A stretch of DNA of 60,494 bases from Candidatus Saccharimonadales bacterium (lineage in GTDB: Bacteria > Patescibacteriota > Saccharimonadia > UBA4664 > DATIHN01), in the NCBI GenBank assembly GCA_035480635.1, contig DATIHN010000013.1, positions 1 through 60,494 on the forward strand. Direction: 5' to 3'. A program made the translations under genes and the position numbers. The first letter of the stretch is position 1. Every line of letters starts with the position of its first letter. The notes under the pieces were generated by a model. The model searched no databases and had not been told where the DNA came from. It was given only the letters and a program-made list of their open reading frames with translations. Of the stretch, positions 37,349 to 46,742 are shown piece after piece.

Positions 37349-37657
37349 ATGAGGCAGCTGATTGCTGAAATCAACACCGAGACTGCCCACACGCTGGGCG
37401 AAGAAAGTGAGGACCGGCGTTGGCAAGAACGGAGTCGTTGTTTGGGGGTTGACCCCGATTTGTTCTTCCCCGAGCGAGGTGCCTCCGAGCGCGAAGCCAA
37501 GGGCGTTTGCGCCGGCTGTGAGGTGCGGGTGGACTGCCTGGAGTACGCCTTGCGCAACGGCGAGAAGTTTGGCGTCTGGGGTGGCGCGAGCGAGCGTGAG
37601 CGCCGTCGGATGCGCCGGCAGCGGGCGTTGGCTCGCCGGCGGCTCAGCTTGGTCTGA
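37349..37657 (+). CDS. whiB: WhiB-family Fe-S transcription regulator (WhiB2-like)
   Basis: C-X22-C-X2-C-X5-C, GVWGG turn, basic C-terminal helix; GGAGG 8 nt before ATG 37349. Confidence 0.95.
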   Translation: MRQLIAEINTETAHTLGEESEDRRWQERSRCLGVDPDLFFPERGASEREAKGVCAGCEVRVDCLEYALRNGEKFGVWGGASERERRRMRRQRALARRRLSLV

Positions 37658-37702
37658 GGCCGACCTTCAGCAAATATCTATGCGGTTATCAAACCGCCAA
37701 AA

Positions 37703-37722
37703 GAGCGGCCTTCGGGCCGCTC
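37703..37722. terminator. GC-rich hairpin downstream of whiB
   Basis: GAGCGGCC-TTCG-GGCCGCTC; the A-run lies on its 5' side. Confidence 0.6.
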
Positions 37723-37887
37723 CAATCTGTTAAAGACCAAGTTTTTAACCAACAACCAGCTTTATGACTAGGCTAATCCAGGCAATTTATAACTTCGACC
37801 GAAAAACCATTTGTAACAATCACCAATGTTGTGATTGCTTTCGAGAGTCTAGGTTAGTATCATGAATCTTAGGAAAGGAGGTGTTGT

Positions 37888-38424
37888 ATGGCAACATCCG
37901 TATCCGCCAATAATTTATGGTGGATGATAACTCTAGAGGGCGTAGCCGCCCTGCTGTTTGGTATAGCCGCCATTTTTTGGCCAGGCCTGACGCTAGTCGC
38001 CCTGGTTTATATTTTTAGCGCCTATGTCTTAATCAGCGGTATCGTAAATATGGTCATGGGGATCGTTACAATGGGATCCTCAAGCTGGTTCTTCCGCCTG
38101 ATCGTCGGGCTGGTTGAACTTGGAGTTGGCGTTTATTTGGTGCGCCACCCCGGAGTCACAGCTGCTACCTTGATCCTACTGATCGGGTTCATGCTGATCT
38201 TCCGCGGTGTCTTTGGCGCCGTCGCCAGTTTCAGTGACGATGAGGGCAACAAAACCCTTGGCGTCGTTGGGGGCGTGCTAGCTGTTCTAGCTGGCATCAT
38301 CGTTTTGATGAACCCCGCCGCCGGTGGCGTAGCATTCGTTTGGGTCTTGGGTCTCTACGGACTCATCACCGGTCCACTACTGATCGTCGTGGGCATGGAA
38401 ACCAAACACCTGATGGAAGCCTAA
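37888..38424 (+). CDS. HdeD/DUF308 family membrane protein
   Basis: WW...LEGVAALLFGIAAIFWPG.TL..LV.IF.AY repeated hydrophobic units. Confidence 0.88.
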   Translation: MATSVSANNLWWMITLEGVAALLFGIAAIFWPGLTLVALVYIFSAYVLISGIVNMVMGIVTMGSSSWFFRLIVGLVELGVGVYLVRHPGVTAATLILLIGFMLIFRGVFGAVASFSDDEGNKTLGVVGGVLAVLAGIIVLMNPAAGGVAFVWVLGLYGLITGPLLIVVGMETKHLMEA

Positions 38425-38442
38425 AGCGCCTTTCGTCAGATC

Positions 38443-38478
38443 AAAAAGAGCCCCTGGCAAATCGCTGGGGCTCTTTTT
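38443..38478. terminator. Bidirectional terminator between convergent genes
   Basis: AAAAAGAGCCCC...GGGGCTCTTTTT. Confidence 0.85.
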
Positions 38479-38481
38479 GAT

Positions 38482-38976
38482 TTAGGGTAGGGTAGTTTGG
38501 TTATCGAGGCGGTCCCGTAAATGTTTCTTGAATTCCAGCCAGGTCAATGCCAGGACGAAGATATCGAATATGGTTAGCAGGGCCAATCCCAGGGTGGGGT
38601 GATAACTCAATCGATAGATTTGATAACCAATAAAAATCACCAGGAAGGACATCATCCAAGGATAGGCCCAGAGTTTTTGCTTCAAAACCGCCGCTACCAA
38701 AATAATTTTGATCAGGCCGTGCGAAACTAAATAGATAAAACTAAACAGGATCGTGGAGTGAGACAAATGGTGAGCTGCATTTAGCAAATGATTGGCAAAG
38801 AAATCGTGCGGATCTTGTGAGAGTTCGTGTTGAGTTAGAATCACCGTAACCTGATTGATGGTATTGATTGGAACGAGCAGCAGCAGGATTCCTCCAACAA
38901 CTTCCAGCACACCATCTAGACCCTTTAGGAGCATACTGATATTAAAGAACCTATCTACTAATGTCGGAGTTTCCAT
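38482..38976 (-). CDS. DUF2127 family membrane protein
   Basis: KGLDGVLE.VGG, ELSQDPHDFFANHL, YLVSHGLIK, L.Q.LWAYP. Confidence 0.85.
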   Translation of the reverse strand: METPTLVDRFFNISMLLKGLDGVLEVVGGILLLLVPINTINQVTVILTQHELSQDPHDFFANHLLNAAHHLSHSTILFSFIYLVSHGLIKIILVAAVLKQKLWAYPWMMSFLVIFIGYQIYRLSYHPTLGLALLTIFDIFVLALTWLEFKKHLRDRLDNQTTLP

Positions 38977-39055
38977 AAATCTATAGTATCAAAAAAAAGA
39001 AACCGCCCCCGCGTGGAGGGCGGCTCTTTGGTGAGCTCGTCCTGACGCGAGGGCG

Positions 39056-39481
39056 TTAGCTGAAGTAACGGGACGATCCCCGGTACGGGCGAGTGGCCTC
39101 CCTCAGTATCTCCTCGAGCCCAGACGGAACTTCTAAGCGCTGCCACGACGTAATTTGGGCTCGGACTGCATTGATTGGATTTCGATCCATGCCCTCTCCG
39201 CTGAGGTTGAGCGGCCAAAGGAGCCAGCCCGTCTTGACTGGCCAGCGCAGCTTTGGTCCCATAATGGTTACCGATCCACGGTAATCATTACGTTGAGCTA
39301 AACCATAAACGAAGTGCCCGAATGCGCCGTAGCACCAAACCGTGACCTTGTACCCGTCCTTGCGATAAACGAGGCGTCGGGGGTACTTCTGGCCGGGGAA
39401 GGACCGGGAAGCGACTCTTGCCAGGATGACTAGAGTGACGAAGCCGGCTATTACCGCCGAAACTACTAGAAGTTTTAACAA
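39056..39481 (-). CDS. Hypothetical protein with an N-terminal TM
   Basis: 141-aa ORF; upstream TTGACT-N17-TATTAT on minus; hairpin downstream at ~39003-39025. Confidence 0.55.
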   Translation of the reverse strand: MLKLLVVSAVIAGFVTLVILARVASRSFPGQKYPRRLVYRKDGYKVTVWCYGAFGHFVYGLAQRNDYRGSVTIMGPKLRWPVKTGWLLWPLNLSGEGMDRNPINAVRAQITSWQRLEVPSGLEEILREATRPYRGSSRYFS

Positions 39482-39648
39482 TGCGACTCCAGGGAACTCC
39501 TGCGGTAGCTGCCGCAGCAGATCTTTCAGACCGAGAGATAGCTATGATAATACAACAACAATAATATAAAGTCAATTATGTTGACTGTATGTATGGCTAA
39601 GGTTGAAAGATAACCGGTTTCTTGGTAGGATTAATCAGTTTTAGGCAT

Positions 39649-39726
39649 GGGCTCGTAGTGAAGTAGGCCTATCACGCCTCCCTGTCACGGAGGAGATCGC
39701 CGGTTCGAATCCGGTCGGGCCCGCCA
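39649..39726 (+). tRNA. tRNA-Asp(GTC)
   Basis: GGGCTCG...CCTCC-CTGTCAC-GGAGG...GGTTCGAATCC...CGGGCCCGCCA; upstream TTGAAA-N17-TAGGAT. Confidence 0.96.
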
Positions 39727-39823
39727 GGATTAATTTGAGCATTTATTAAACCCCTTTATTCATAAATGTTTGCCCCGCGACGCATCCACTGAGTTGTGGT
39801 AACGTCACGGGGCTGTGGATTTA

Positions 39824-40174
39824 CTAGTAATGGGGTGTTTCCGCGTATCTATCGTCGCTGGCGTTTGTCACCTCGACTAACTCCAGGACCAGTGCGGTCC
39901 GGCCGTCGAGAGGTCTTACGACGAACCACACGCCTTGGTCGCCAACTTCCATTGCCAGCTTGGCCTCGTGGGTTTCCGCTGGCAGGCTGTAGAACTCAGC
40001 AGCATCAAACTGTTGGGTCCGCCAGCCGATCTGGAAGGGCACATCTCGAGGGTGGACTTCCAGTATCGCAGCCGCCGTCCAAGATGAACGATCGGCCCGA
40101 GCTTCAGGATCTCCTTCCACGTATACCTGGGCATCCTTGACCCAGGTGCCTTCGGGTGTGCGTGCATCTCGCAT
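39824..40174 (-). CDS. Hypothetical protein
   Basis: 116-aa ORF after GGAGG. Confidence 0.55.
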   Translation of the reverse strand: MRDARTPEGTWVKDAQVYVEGDPEARADRSSWTAAAILEVHPRDVPFQIGWRTQQFDAAEFYSLPAETHEAKLAMEVGDQGVWFVVRPLDGRTALVLELVEVTNASDDRYAETPHY

Positions 40175-40217
40175 GGTACCTCCGATGGTTGCCCTGACTT
40201 ATGCCTGGATCCGAGAG

Positions 40218-40742
40218 CTACTGGTCGGACATGTGTCCCGCGCCGACGAGTTGCTGCCGAGGGATGGGGTAGACGGGGTGTGGAACGATCGTAATGATCT
40301 CCCTGTCGTCTTCGGTGAGCTCGATGAACATCCGCCAGCCATAGACATTGCCATTCCCGGGGTCAGTGGCCGAGAGCGCATCGCGCTGGCTGAGCATGAG
40401 ACCATCGAGCCAGCCCCCGACTTCACGCACCAAACGGTAAGTTAGGTCTGGGCGCGAAGCCCAGTCATTTCCCAGCCTGTGGAGACTGACATGGAATCCC
40501 GTGTCGTCGACCTTCACCCAGTATTTGGTGTGCGTGCCGAATTGAAGCATGAGGCCGAGGGCCTCCATCAGATCGCCCGGACCTTCCGAGATGAACTCGA
40601 ACTTCCGTCTTACCCTGCGCTTGGGCATCTCTTCCATTTCTTGTGCTCCTTTCAGAGCAGTGGGATGTACTATCCAATGATCTGCAGAAGTGTACAATAC
40701 TTTATATAATTTTACTAGCATAAGCGGTTCTTTTGTTTTCAT
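40218..40742 (-). CDS. Hypothetical protein (start uncertain)
   Basis: 174-aa ORF; likely internal start near EEMPK. Confidence 0.5.
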   Translation of the reverse strand: MKTKEPLMLVKLYKVLYTSADHWIVHPTALKGAQEMEEMPKRRVRRKFEFISEGPGDLMEALGLMLQFGTHTKYWVKVDDTGFHVSLHRLGNDWASRPDLTYRLVREVGGWLDGLMLSQRDALSATDPGNGNVYGWRMFIELTEDDREIITIVPHPVYPIPRQQLVGAGHMSDQ

Positions 40743-40833
40743 AGACAGAAAATTGAATAATAGGGTAAGATTGGTGCAACTAATCGGTGGGGATTAGAGA
40801 ACCTCTCATTTCAGCCTTCCGAAAGGACCAAGC

Positions 40834-42000
40834 ATGAGCAACCAGAACCGCCTGAACTCAGCTGTACACGGATGGTCTCTGGAAGATATCGCAATTGTGC
40901 CGCAGAAGCGGACAGTCGACCCCGATGACGTCACTCTTGATTGGGAGCTCGAATCTTTTCGTTTTGAGCTACCATTGATGGGATCGGCCATGGATAGCGC
41001 CGTCAGCCCGACCACGGCCATTGAAATAGGACGGCTGGGAGGATTGGCTGTCCTCAACCTCGAGGGGCTTTGGACTCGCTATGATGATCCTGGCCCGGTC
41101 TTCAGGGAAATTGCGGCTCTAGACCCAAAGACCGCCACCGCTCGAATACAAGAGCTCTATGATCGGCCTATCAAACCTGAGTTGATCACTCAGCGGATTC
41201 AGGAGATGAGGCAGGCCGGCATCACTACGGCGGCTTCGCTGACCCCAGCTCGGGTGCGCCGGTATTATCGATACGCTCAAGCTGGCGGTTTGGATCTTCT
41301 GGTCATCCAAGGCACCGTTGTCAGCGCCGAGCACATATCGAGCAAGCCCGACACCCTGGATCTGGCAGAATTCATCCAGGAGCTGTTGAAAGAGGAGCTG
41401 CCTGTCGTGGTTGGTAACTGCGCCAACTTCTCAACGGCCAAGAACCTGATGAAGACTGGCGCCATGGGAGTGCTGGTCGGTATTGGGCCTGGAGGGGCTT
41501 GCACCAGCCGTCGCGTGATGGCTGTCGGTGTGCCCCAGGCCACTGCCATTGCTGATGCCGTTTGGGCCCGTGAGGTTATACATAAGCGTACGGGTAGGTG
41601 GTGCCAAGTCATCGCCGACGGCGGTATGTCGACTAGCGGCGTTCTCGCTGCAGCACTGGCAATCGGGGCCGATGCGGTCATGATCGGCTCGCCCCTGGCC
41701 AGTGCTCATGAAGCACCTGGATTGGGTTACCACTGGGGCATGGCAACATCCGACCTCAACACTCCCAGGGGAGTTAGGGTTGAGGTGGAGCGACGAGGGT
41801 CTCTAGAGGAAATCCTACTTGGTCCGGCTCATGATTCGGATGGTAGGAACAATCTTTTTGGCGGGGTGCGAATGGCTATCGCCAGCTGCGGATACACCGA
41901 TCCTAGGAGTTTTCAGGATGCAGAGGTCATGATTGCGCCCTCAATCAGAACTGAGGGCAAAGCCCTACAGACCGCCCAGCAGGTAGGTATGGGGAATTAA
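40834..42000 (+). CDS. guaB3: GuaB3-type IMP dehydrogenase-related protein
   Basis: DIAIVP..RT.DP.DV...W.....FELP...AMDS.VSP, LNLEGLWTRY.DP, IQGTVVSAEH, GGACTSR, IADGGM; no CBS pair. Confidence 0.88.
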   Translation: MSNQNRLNSAVHGWSLEDIAIVPQKRTVDPDDVTLDWELESFRFELPLMGSAMDSAVSPTTAIEIGRLGGLAVLNLEGLWTRYDDPGPVFREIAALDPKTATARIQELYDRPIKPELITQRIQEMRQAGITTAASLTPARVRRYYRYAQAGGLDLLVIQGTVVSAEHISSKPDTLDLAEFIQELLKEELPVVVGNCANFSTAKNLMKTGAMGVLVGIGPGGACTSRRVMAVGVPQATAIADAVWAREVIHKRTGRWCQVIADGGMSTSGVLAAALAIGADAVMIGSPLASAHEAPGLGYHWGMATSDLNTPRGVRVEVERRGSLEEILLGPAHDSDGRNNLFGGVRMAIASCGYTDPRSFQDAEVMIAPSIRTEGKALQTAQQVGMGN

Positions 42001-42012
42001 GGCAGAGTGCAG

Positions 42013-42034
42013 CGGCCGTCCGGAAGGACGGCCG
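42013..42034. terminator. Tail-less GC hairpin after guaB3
   Basis: CGGCCGTCC-GGAA-GGACGGCCG. Confidence 0.5.
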
Positions 42035-42138
42035 AAAACATGTCCGGACAGGAAAACTAGGCGCCAGTTATGCTTGCAGCCCGAATCCAAATAAGTTATA
42101 AATAGTCGACCTTGAAATCTCCTGAACCAGGAGTTGAC

Positions 42139-42474
42139 ATGCCTAAGACCTACGTTCAAGAAGAAGTCAGCGATTTGCTCGATGCCATCATCGCAGTTGG
42201 TAACGAACTTTGCCGTTGTAGGGGCGGCATCGACTTGGGCTGTGAGTTTCATGGCCTGGAACCCAGTCTCGAAGACACTGCCGATGTGGTTGGAACCTGG
42301 AGTGACCGCGTCGGTGCAACCGATGCTAGGTTCGATCGAAGCGAAGTTGCTCAGCTGATCAAAGCTGGGGAGAGCATCATTGACTTGCTTAAGCCGGAAC
42401 AGTTCGCAAACGTCGCAGAAGCTGTGGCGCTGATCGAACAGTGGCAAACCGATCCAGTAGTGGAGGCGACATGA
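42139..42474 (+). CDS. Hypothetical acidic protein
   Basis: ATG 42139 after AGGAG. Confidence 0.55.
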   Translation: MPKTYVQEEVSDLLDAIIAVGNELCRCRGGIDLGCEFHGLEPSLEDTADVVGTWSDRVGATDARFDRSEVAQLIKAGESIIDLLKPEQFANVAEAVALIEQWQTDPVVEAT

Positions 42475-42737
42475 GTCACCCAATTCTCGACGAGAGCACC
42501 CTTACTGATGACGGCTGGGTGCACAAATGCGGCACCACACTGCTAAGTGTAACGGTTACGCATTCGATCCACGACGGTCCCGGTCCTTTGAGTGGAGGTG
42601 GACAGGTCCATTCTGAGATGGTCCCGTACTGCCCCAATTGCCAAAAACCACCCTCGACAATCGGGGCTCCGCTCAAAGAGGATCCTCGTGATGTCAGTGA
42701 ACGAGAGATTCTTCGACGCATGCGTGATAATCGTTAG
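42471..42737 (+). CDS. Small Zn-ribbon-like protein
   Basis: HKCG...YCPNC; ATGA-coupled to the previous ORF. Confidence 0.6.
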   Translation: MSHPILDESTLTDDGWVHKCGTTLLSVTVTHSIHDGPGPLSGGGQVHSEMVPYCPNCQKPPSTIGAPLKEDPRDVSEREILRRMRDNR

Positions 42738-42750
42738 AAACGCGCAACCA

Positions 42751-42790
42751 ACCCCGCTGACTTCGGCCAATCGACCAAAGTCGGCGGGGT
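42751..42790 (+). terminator. Long hairpin after the Zn-ribbon gene
   Basis: ACCCCGCTGACTT...AAGTCGGCGGGGT, T-run a few nt later. Confidence 0.6.
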
Positions 42791-42862
42791 GTAACTTTTT
42801 ATTAGCCCAGCAATTCAGCTATAATAAGGACTTGAAGTTATCAAACAGGAAATGATTCAGTT

Positions 42863-43135
42863 ATGGAACCCAAGTCACCCAGAACCATTAGCGACATACG
42901 TCCACCCAAGAGTGGCCAACGGCCAACCACCCTCAAGCCAGCGCCAGCGCCCAAAGCCCAACCATCGCCCAACCTGACTAATTTAAGTCAGCCGGCCAAA
43001 CCGGTGGCAGCTACACCTAAGCCCAAACCCAAAAAGAGACGCCGCTGGCTCAGGGTTTTAGTGATTTTATTACTGGTTTTAGCGTTAGCGGCAGCGGCTG
43101 CGGGTTGGTACGTTTTTTATTACCGCACCACCTAA
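42863..43135 (+). CDS. Pro/Lys-rich tail-anchored membrane protein
   Basis: PKPKPKKRRRW followed by a C-terminal TM. Confidence 0.65.
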   Translation: MEPKSPRTISDIRPPKSGQRPTTLKPAPAPKAQPSPNLTNLSQPAKPVAATPKPKPKKRRRWLRVLVILLLVLALAAAAAGWYVFYYRTT

Positions 43136-43253
43136 GCACAACCGCTTTCTCCCAAAAGTAACATTTTTAACAGGCTCAGGCTTTGTGATTTAGGCTAATG
43201 CTCGTACTGCCCCCAAGGCGCATACTGCGGCTGTAAGTTTGAGGGAGGAGAAG

Positions 43254-43418
43254 GTGAGTAAGTCACGCGGTCGCAAAATTAAAACAATCAATGCCGGACG
43301 CTCCGATAGTGATGTGTTCTGGATGAGCCTCGAGGAGGCCAAGCGAGCTATTGCGGACAAATACGAATTCCTAGCCGAACGCTACGAACGGCGCTACCCC
43401 AAAGACAAAGTCGGATAG
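43254..43418 (+). CDS. Candidate 54-aa protein (not in the ORF track)
   Basis: GTG start after GAGGGAGGAG; MSKSRGRKIKTINAGRSDSDVFWMSLEEAKRAIADKYEFLAERYERRYPKDKVG*. Confidence 0.55.
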   Translation: MSKSRGRKIKTINAGRSDSDVFWMSLEEAKRAIADKYEFLAERYERRYPKDKVG

Positions 43419-43494
43419 AAGCCATCGAAAATAAAACCACTTGGTTGCAGGTTGTCTTGACCTGCAGCTTTTTTGTATAATGAAGCCCATTTAG

Positions 43495-43569
43495 GCCGGA
43501 GTAGCTCAGTGGTAGAGCAGCACTTTCGTAAAGTGAAGGTCGTGGGTTCAATCCCCACCTCCGGCTCCA
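43495..43569 (+). tRNA. tRNA-Thr(CGT)
   Basis: GCCGGAG...TT-CGT-AA...CTCCGGC-T-CCA. Confidence 0.95.
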
Positions 43570-43570
43570 G

Positions 43571-43644
43571 GCGGGTATAGTTTAATGGTAGAATGCGACC
43601 TTCCCAAGGTTGAGATACGGGTTCAATTCCCGTTACCCGCTCCA
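43571..43644 (+). tRNA. tRNA-Gly(CCC)
   Basis: GCGGGTA...TT-CCC-AA...TACCCGC-T-CCA; 1-nt spacer from tRNA-Thr. Confidence 0.95.
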
Positions 43645-43651
43645 AACTAAG

Positions 43652-44590
43652 ATGAAACGGATCATTTTTTACACCGAACCAGAATGGGCCTTTGGCTCCA
43701 TTCATTATGAGCTCTGCAAATACCTCTTTGCCCGGGGGCTAAATGCGGAGGTCTTGCCATGGAATCGCAGCTATCGCCGTGCCGAAATGAAGGAACTAGC
43801 CGCTGTCGTGGATGTTTTTGTGACCAGCCCTCAGGGTTACATCCGACTGGTCGATAACCACCAAATCAGCCCGAATAAAATCATCATGATCGTTCATGCC
43901 CGCCTCGATCTAGTCGAGCTAATCAAGCAAAAAGGTATTAAGGAATTCGCTAAACCTCGGGAGTTGGTTGTGGTATCAAAACATCTGCAGCAGCTGGCTA
44001 AGCAACTCGGCCTCAAACGCCAACCCAAGCTGCTTCACTTAGGCATCAATACGGATCTGTTTGCCAGCAAACCAGCCACTTCTCTAAAAGTGGTGGGCTA
44101 TGCTGGCGCCTTTCACATTCGCGAAGAATTCGATGATGAATTGATCGATTCAGATTATCAGGAGCAAAATGCTCTTAAGCGAGCATATTTGGTCCAGGAA
44201 GCCGTCCAAAAAGCCGGCCTGAAATTAAAGGTCGCCCAGCTCTACCACAACAGTTTTGTGACCATGCCAGGGTTTTACCACAAAGTCGATTGCGTTATTG
44301 TATCTTCCAGTGCTGAGGGCGCCGGCTTGCCGGCCCTAGAGGCCGCCGCCGCCGGACGATTGGTTATTTCGACCCCAGTCGGCCATTGGCCTGAGCGAAG
44401 TAAAGACGGAGGGGGTCTAGTAGTACCTATTCATGAATCAAAATTTGTAGCTGAGACTACCAAACTGCTGCAGTACTACAAAGCTCACCCCAAAGAATTT
44501 AGGCAAAAGTGCCGCTCGATCCAAGAACACGCCAAAAGCTATGATTGGAGTGAGCTGATCGATGACTGGATCAGCCTGCTAACTAGTTAA
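43652..44590 (+). CDS. GT-B (family 4-like) glycosyltransferase
   Basis: FYHKVDCVIVSSSAEGAGLPALEAAAAGRLVISTPVG; ATG 43652 just after tRNA-Gly. Confidence 0.85.
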   Translation: MKRIIFYTEPEWAFGSIHYELCKYLFARGLNAEVLPWNRSYRRAEMKELAAVVDVFVTSPQGYIRLVDNHQISPNKIIMIVHARLDLVELIKQKGIKEFAKPRELVVVSKHLQQLAKQLGLKRQPKLLHLGINTDLFASKPATSLKVVGYAGAFHIREEFDDELIDSDYQEQNALKRAYLVQEAVQKAGLKLKVAQLYHNSFVTMPGFYHKVDCVIVSSSAEGAGLPALEAAAAGRLVISTPVGHWPERSKDGGGLVVPIHESKFVAETTKLLQYYKAHPKEFRQKCRSIQEHAKSYDWSELIDDWISLLTS

Positions 44591-44642
44591 TACTCGATTA
44601 GGGATTAGCTGCTAACTTGGCTCTTGAGTTATAATACCCAAC

Positions 44643-45044
44643 ATGCAAATGCCTTCGGCCACCGATGTCGGCCACTTGATGACCCATAAATTTCAGCAGA
44701 TCCGCAGCCACCGATTCTTTTCGGATCGCTTGTCGGTAACTATTTTGGTACTGAATTTAGCCTTGGTTGGAATCACTATGACGGTGCTACTAATTAGAGT
44801 TAGACCAACCAGTGTTCCAGTGCCGGTGCACTATTCTAGCTTAGTTGGCTTCGAGCAGCTGGGGCCCTGGTGGCAGCTCTATGGCATCGGACTATTTGCT
44901 ATTGGGGCTGTGATTACCAACACGGCTCTGGCAATGGCTAGCTTTACCCGTAGCCGCATCACCAGCTTTTTTTTAATGTCCGGCGCCTTTGTGGTAGCAA
45001 TTTTTAGCCTTATTATTAGTTTAGCAATTACAGCGGTGGTGTAA
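44643..45044 (+). CDS. Membrane protein (3 TM, VPVHY motif, DUF1648-like)
   Basis: Hydrophobic segments; P..VPVHY...G. Confidence 0.65.
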   Translation: MQMPSATDVGHLMTHKFQQIRSHRFFSDRLSVTILVLNLALVGITMTVLLIRVRPTSVPVPVHYSSLVGFEQLGPWWQLYGIGLFAIGAVITNTALAMASFTRSRITSFFLMSGAFVVAIFSLIISLAITAVV

Positions 45045-46742
45045 GTGAGTGCACATACAGAAGTCATAGACCAATCTGGGCGGTGGCTGGATAGTCGCTG
45101 GTTCGAACGCCTGCTCGAACTAATCCCAGGGTCTTTAACTTGGACTTTTTTACTGGCCCCGGTCATCTTAAGTTTCTTCGTGCCAATTGCCGTGGCCTAC
45201 TTTATTATTGCCTTTGACCTAATCTGGTTGGTTAAGTCATTGCGGTTGAGTTTCTTTTTAATCATTGGGTATTCAAAGCTCTACCAGCGACAATCACTTG
45301 ATTGGCAAGAGCGCTTAGCGGATCTGGAAGACCTATCTAAGGCGATTAAAACCAAGCGAACTGAGTTGAGGCGACTGCTAGAACAATACCCCAGAGCCAA
45401 GTGGCGATTGACGATCACCAAGAAGCAAATCGCCGTGCATAGCTACTACAAAACCTTAACGGACTACATTAACCGAATTGAATCGCTTGACCAAGATCAA
45501 GTTATTAAACCCAGTCAATTACTAAATGCTGTAATTATTTCAACGTTTAACGAATCGCTGGCGACTTTGGAGCCTTCACTTCAAGCCTTAACACGAGCCA
45601 ATTACGCTAGAGATCAACTTATCTTAATTATTGGCTACGAAGAAAGAGGCGGGGACGAAATTGCTGAGACGGCCAGACAGTTAATCGACAAATACGGTCA
45701 TTTGTTCAGCCATGCCGAGGCCATAATGCATCCCGATGGCCAGCCCGGAGAGGGTAGGGTCAAAGGTGCCAACATGACCAATGCGGCCAAAAAACTAACT
45801 AGCTACATCCAGAGCCAGGGCATTGATCCTGGAAACGTCATCGTGACGACTTTTGATTCTGATCATCGGCCTCACCCCAATTACTTTGCCTACTTAACTT
45901 TTGAGTACGCCGTTAATCCTGATCGCATCCACCGATCGTTTCAGCCGATTCCGATGTTTTACAACAACATTTGGGACGTACCGGCACCAATGCGCCTAAT
46001 TGCGACAGGTAACTCTTTTTGGATGATTATGCAGACCATGCGACCGCATTTGCTGAGAAACTTCGCGGCCCATGCTCAAGGCTTGCAGGCTTTGATCGAT
46101 ATTGATTATTGGCACTTAACCTCAATTGTCGAGGACGGCCACCAGTTTTGGCGCAGTTACTTTCGCTATGGCGGCGATCACCAGGTGGTGCCAGTATTTG
46201 TGCCGGTCCACCAAGATGCAGTGCTAGCCAAAACCTATCTCAAGACTTTTAAAGGCCAATACGTGCAACTACGGCGCTGGGCCTGGGGGATCTCGGATTT
46301 TCCTTATGTGGTTAGAAACTCAATCAAAAACACTAGCATTCCAATTACCGAAAAGATCCAACAAATCTTCCGATTAATTGAAGGCCACTTTAGTTGGGCG
46401 ACGGCGCCATTAATTTTAACCTTTGTAGCCTGGTTACCGCTGTATTTGAATAGAAATTTTGCTCAGGAACTTTTAGCCCACCAACTCCCCATCATTGCTA
46501 GCCGGATCCTCAGTTTGGCCATGATCGGGCTGATGGTTACGGTTGTGATCAGCCTGATTTCGCTACCACCTAGGCCGGCTCGTTACCGCCCGACCAAGCG
46601 AGTGGCCATGCTCTTTCAGTGGCTGCTGTTGCCGCTAACAGCCATTTTCTTTAGTGCCTTTGCCGCAATCGATGCTCAAACTAGATTGATGCTTGGTCGA
46701 TATCTCGACTGGAAGGTCACCGAAAAGGCTACAAAACCGTGA
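45045..46742 (+). CDS. Membrane GT2-family glycosyltransferase
   Basis: TMs flanking a GT-A core: KGANM, TTFDSDH, IVEDGHQFW, QLRRWAWG (QxxRW). Confidence 0.88.
   Translation: MSAHTEVIDQSGRWLDSRWFERLLELIPGSLTWTFLLAPVILSFFVPIAVAYFIIAFDLIWLVKSLRLSFFLIIGYSKLYQRQSLDWQERLADLEDLSKAIKTKRTELRRLLEQYPRAKWRLTITKKQIAVHSYYKTLTDYINRIESLDQDQVIKPSQLLNAVIISTFNESLATLEPSLQALTRANYARDQLILIIGYEERGGDEIAETARQLIDKYGHLFSHAEAIMHPDGQPGEGRVKGANMTNAAKKLTSYIQSQGIDPGNVIVTTFDSDHRPHPNYFAYLTFEYAVNPDRIHRSFQPIPMFYNNIWDVPAPMRLIATGNSFWMIMQTMRPHLLRNFAAHAQGLQALIDIDYWHLTSIVEDGHQFWRSYFRYGGDHQVVPVFVPVHQDAVLAKTYLKTFKGQYVQLRRWAWGISDFPYVVRNSIKNTSIPITEKIQQIFRLIEGHFSWATAPLILTFVAWLPLYLNRNFAQELLAHQLPIIASRILSLAMIGLMVTVVISLISLPPRPARYRPTKRVAMLFQWLLLPLTAIFFSAFAAIDAQTRLMLGRYLDWKVTEKATKP

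Noticed and set aside
37330-37660. Contamination or chimeric assembly as the source of the actinobacterial-type genes
   Set aside because: whiB, guaB3 and purEC are separate short inserts, each with CPR-style flanks and tRNAs; a chimera would more likely be one long block. Not fully excluded without reads.
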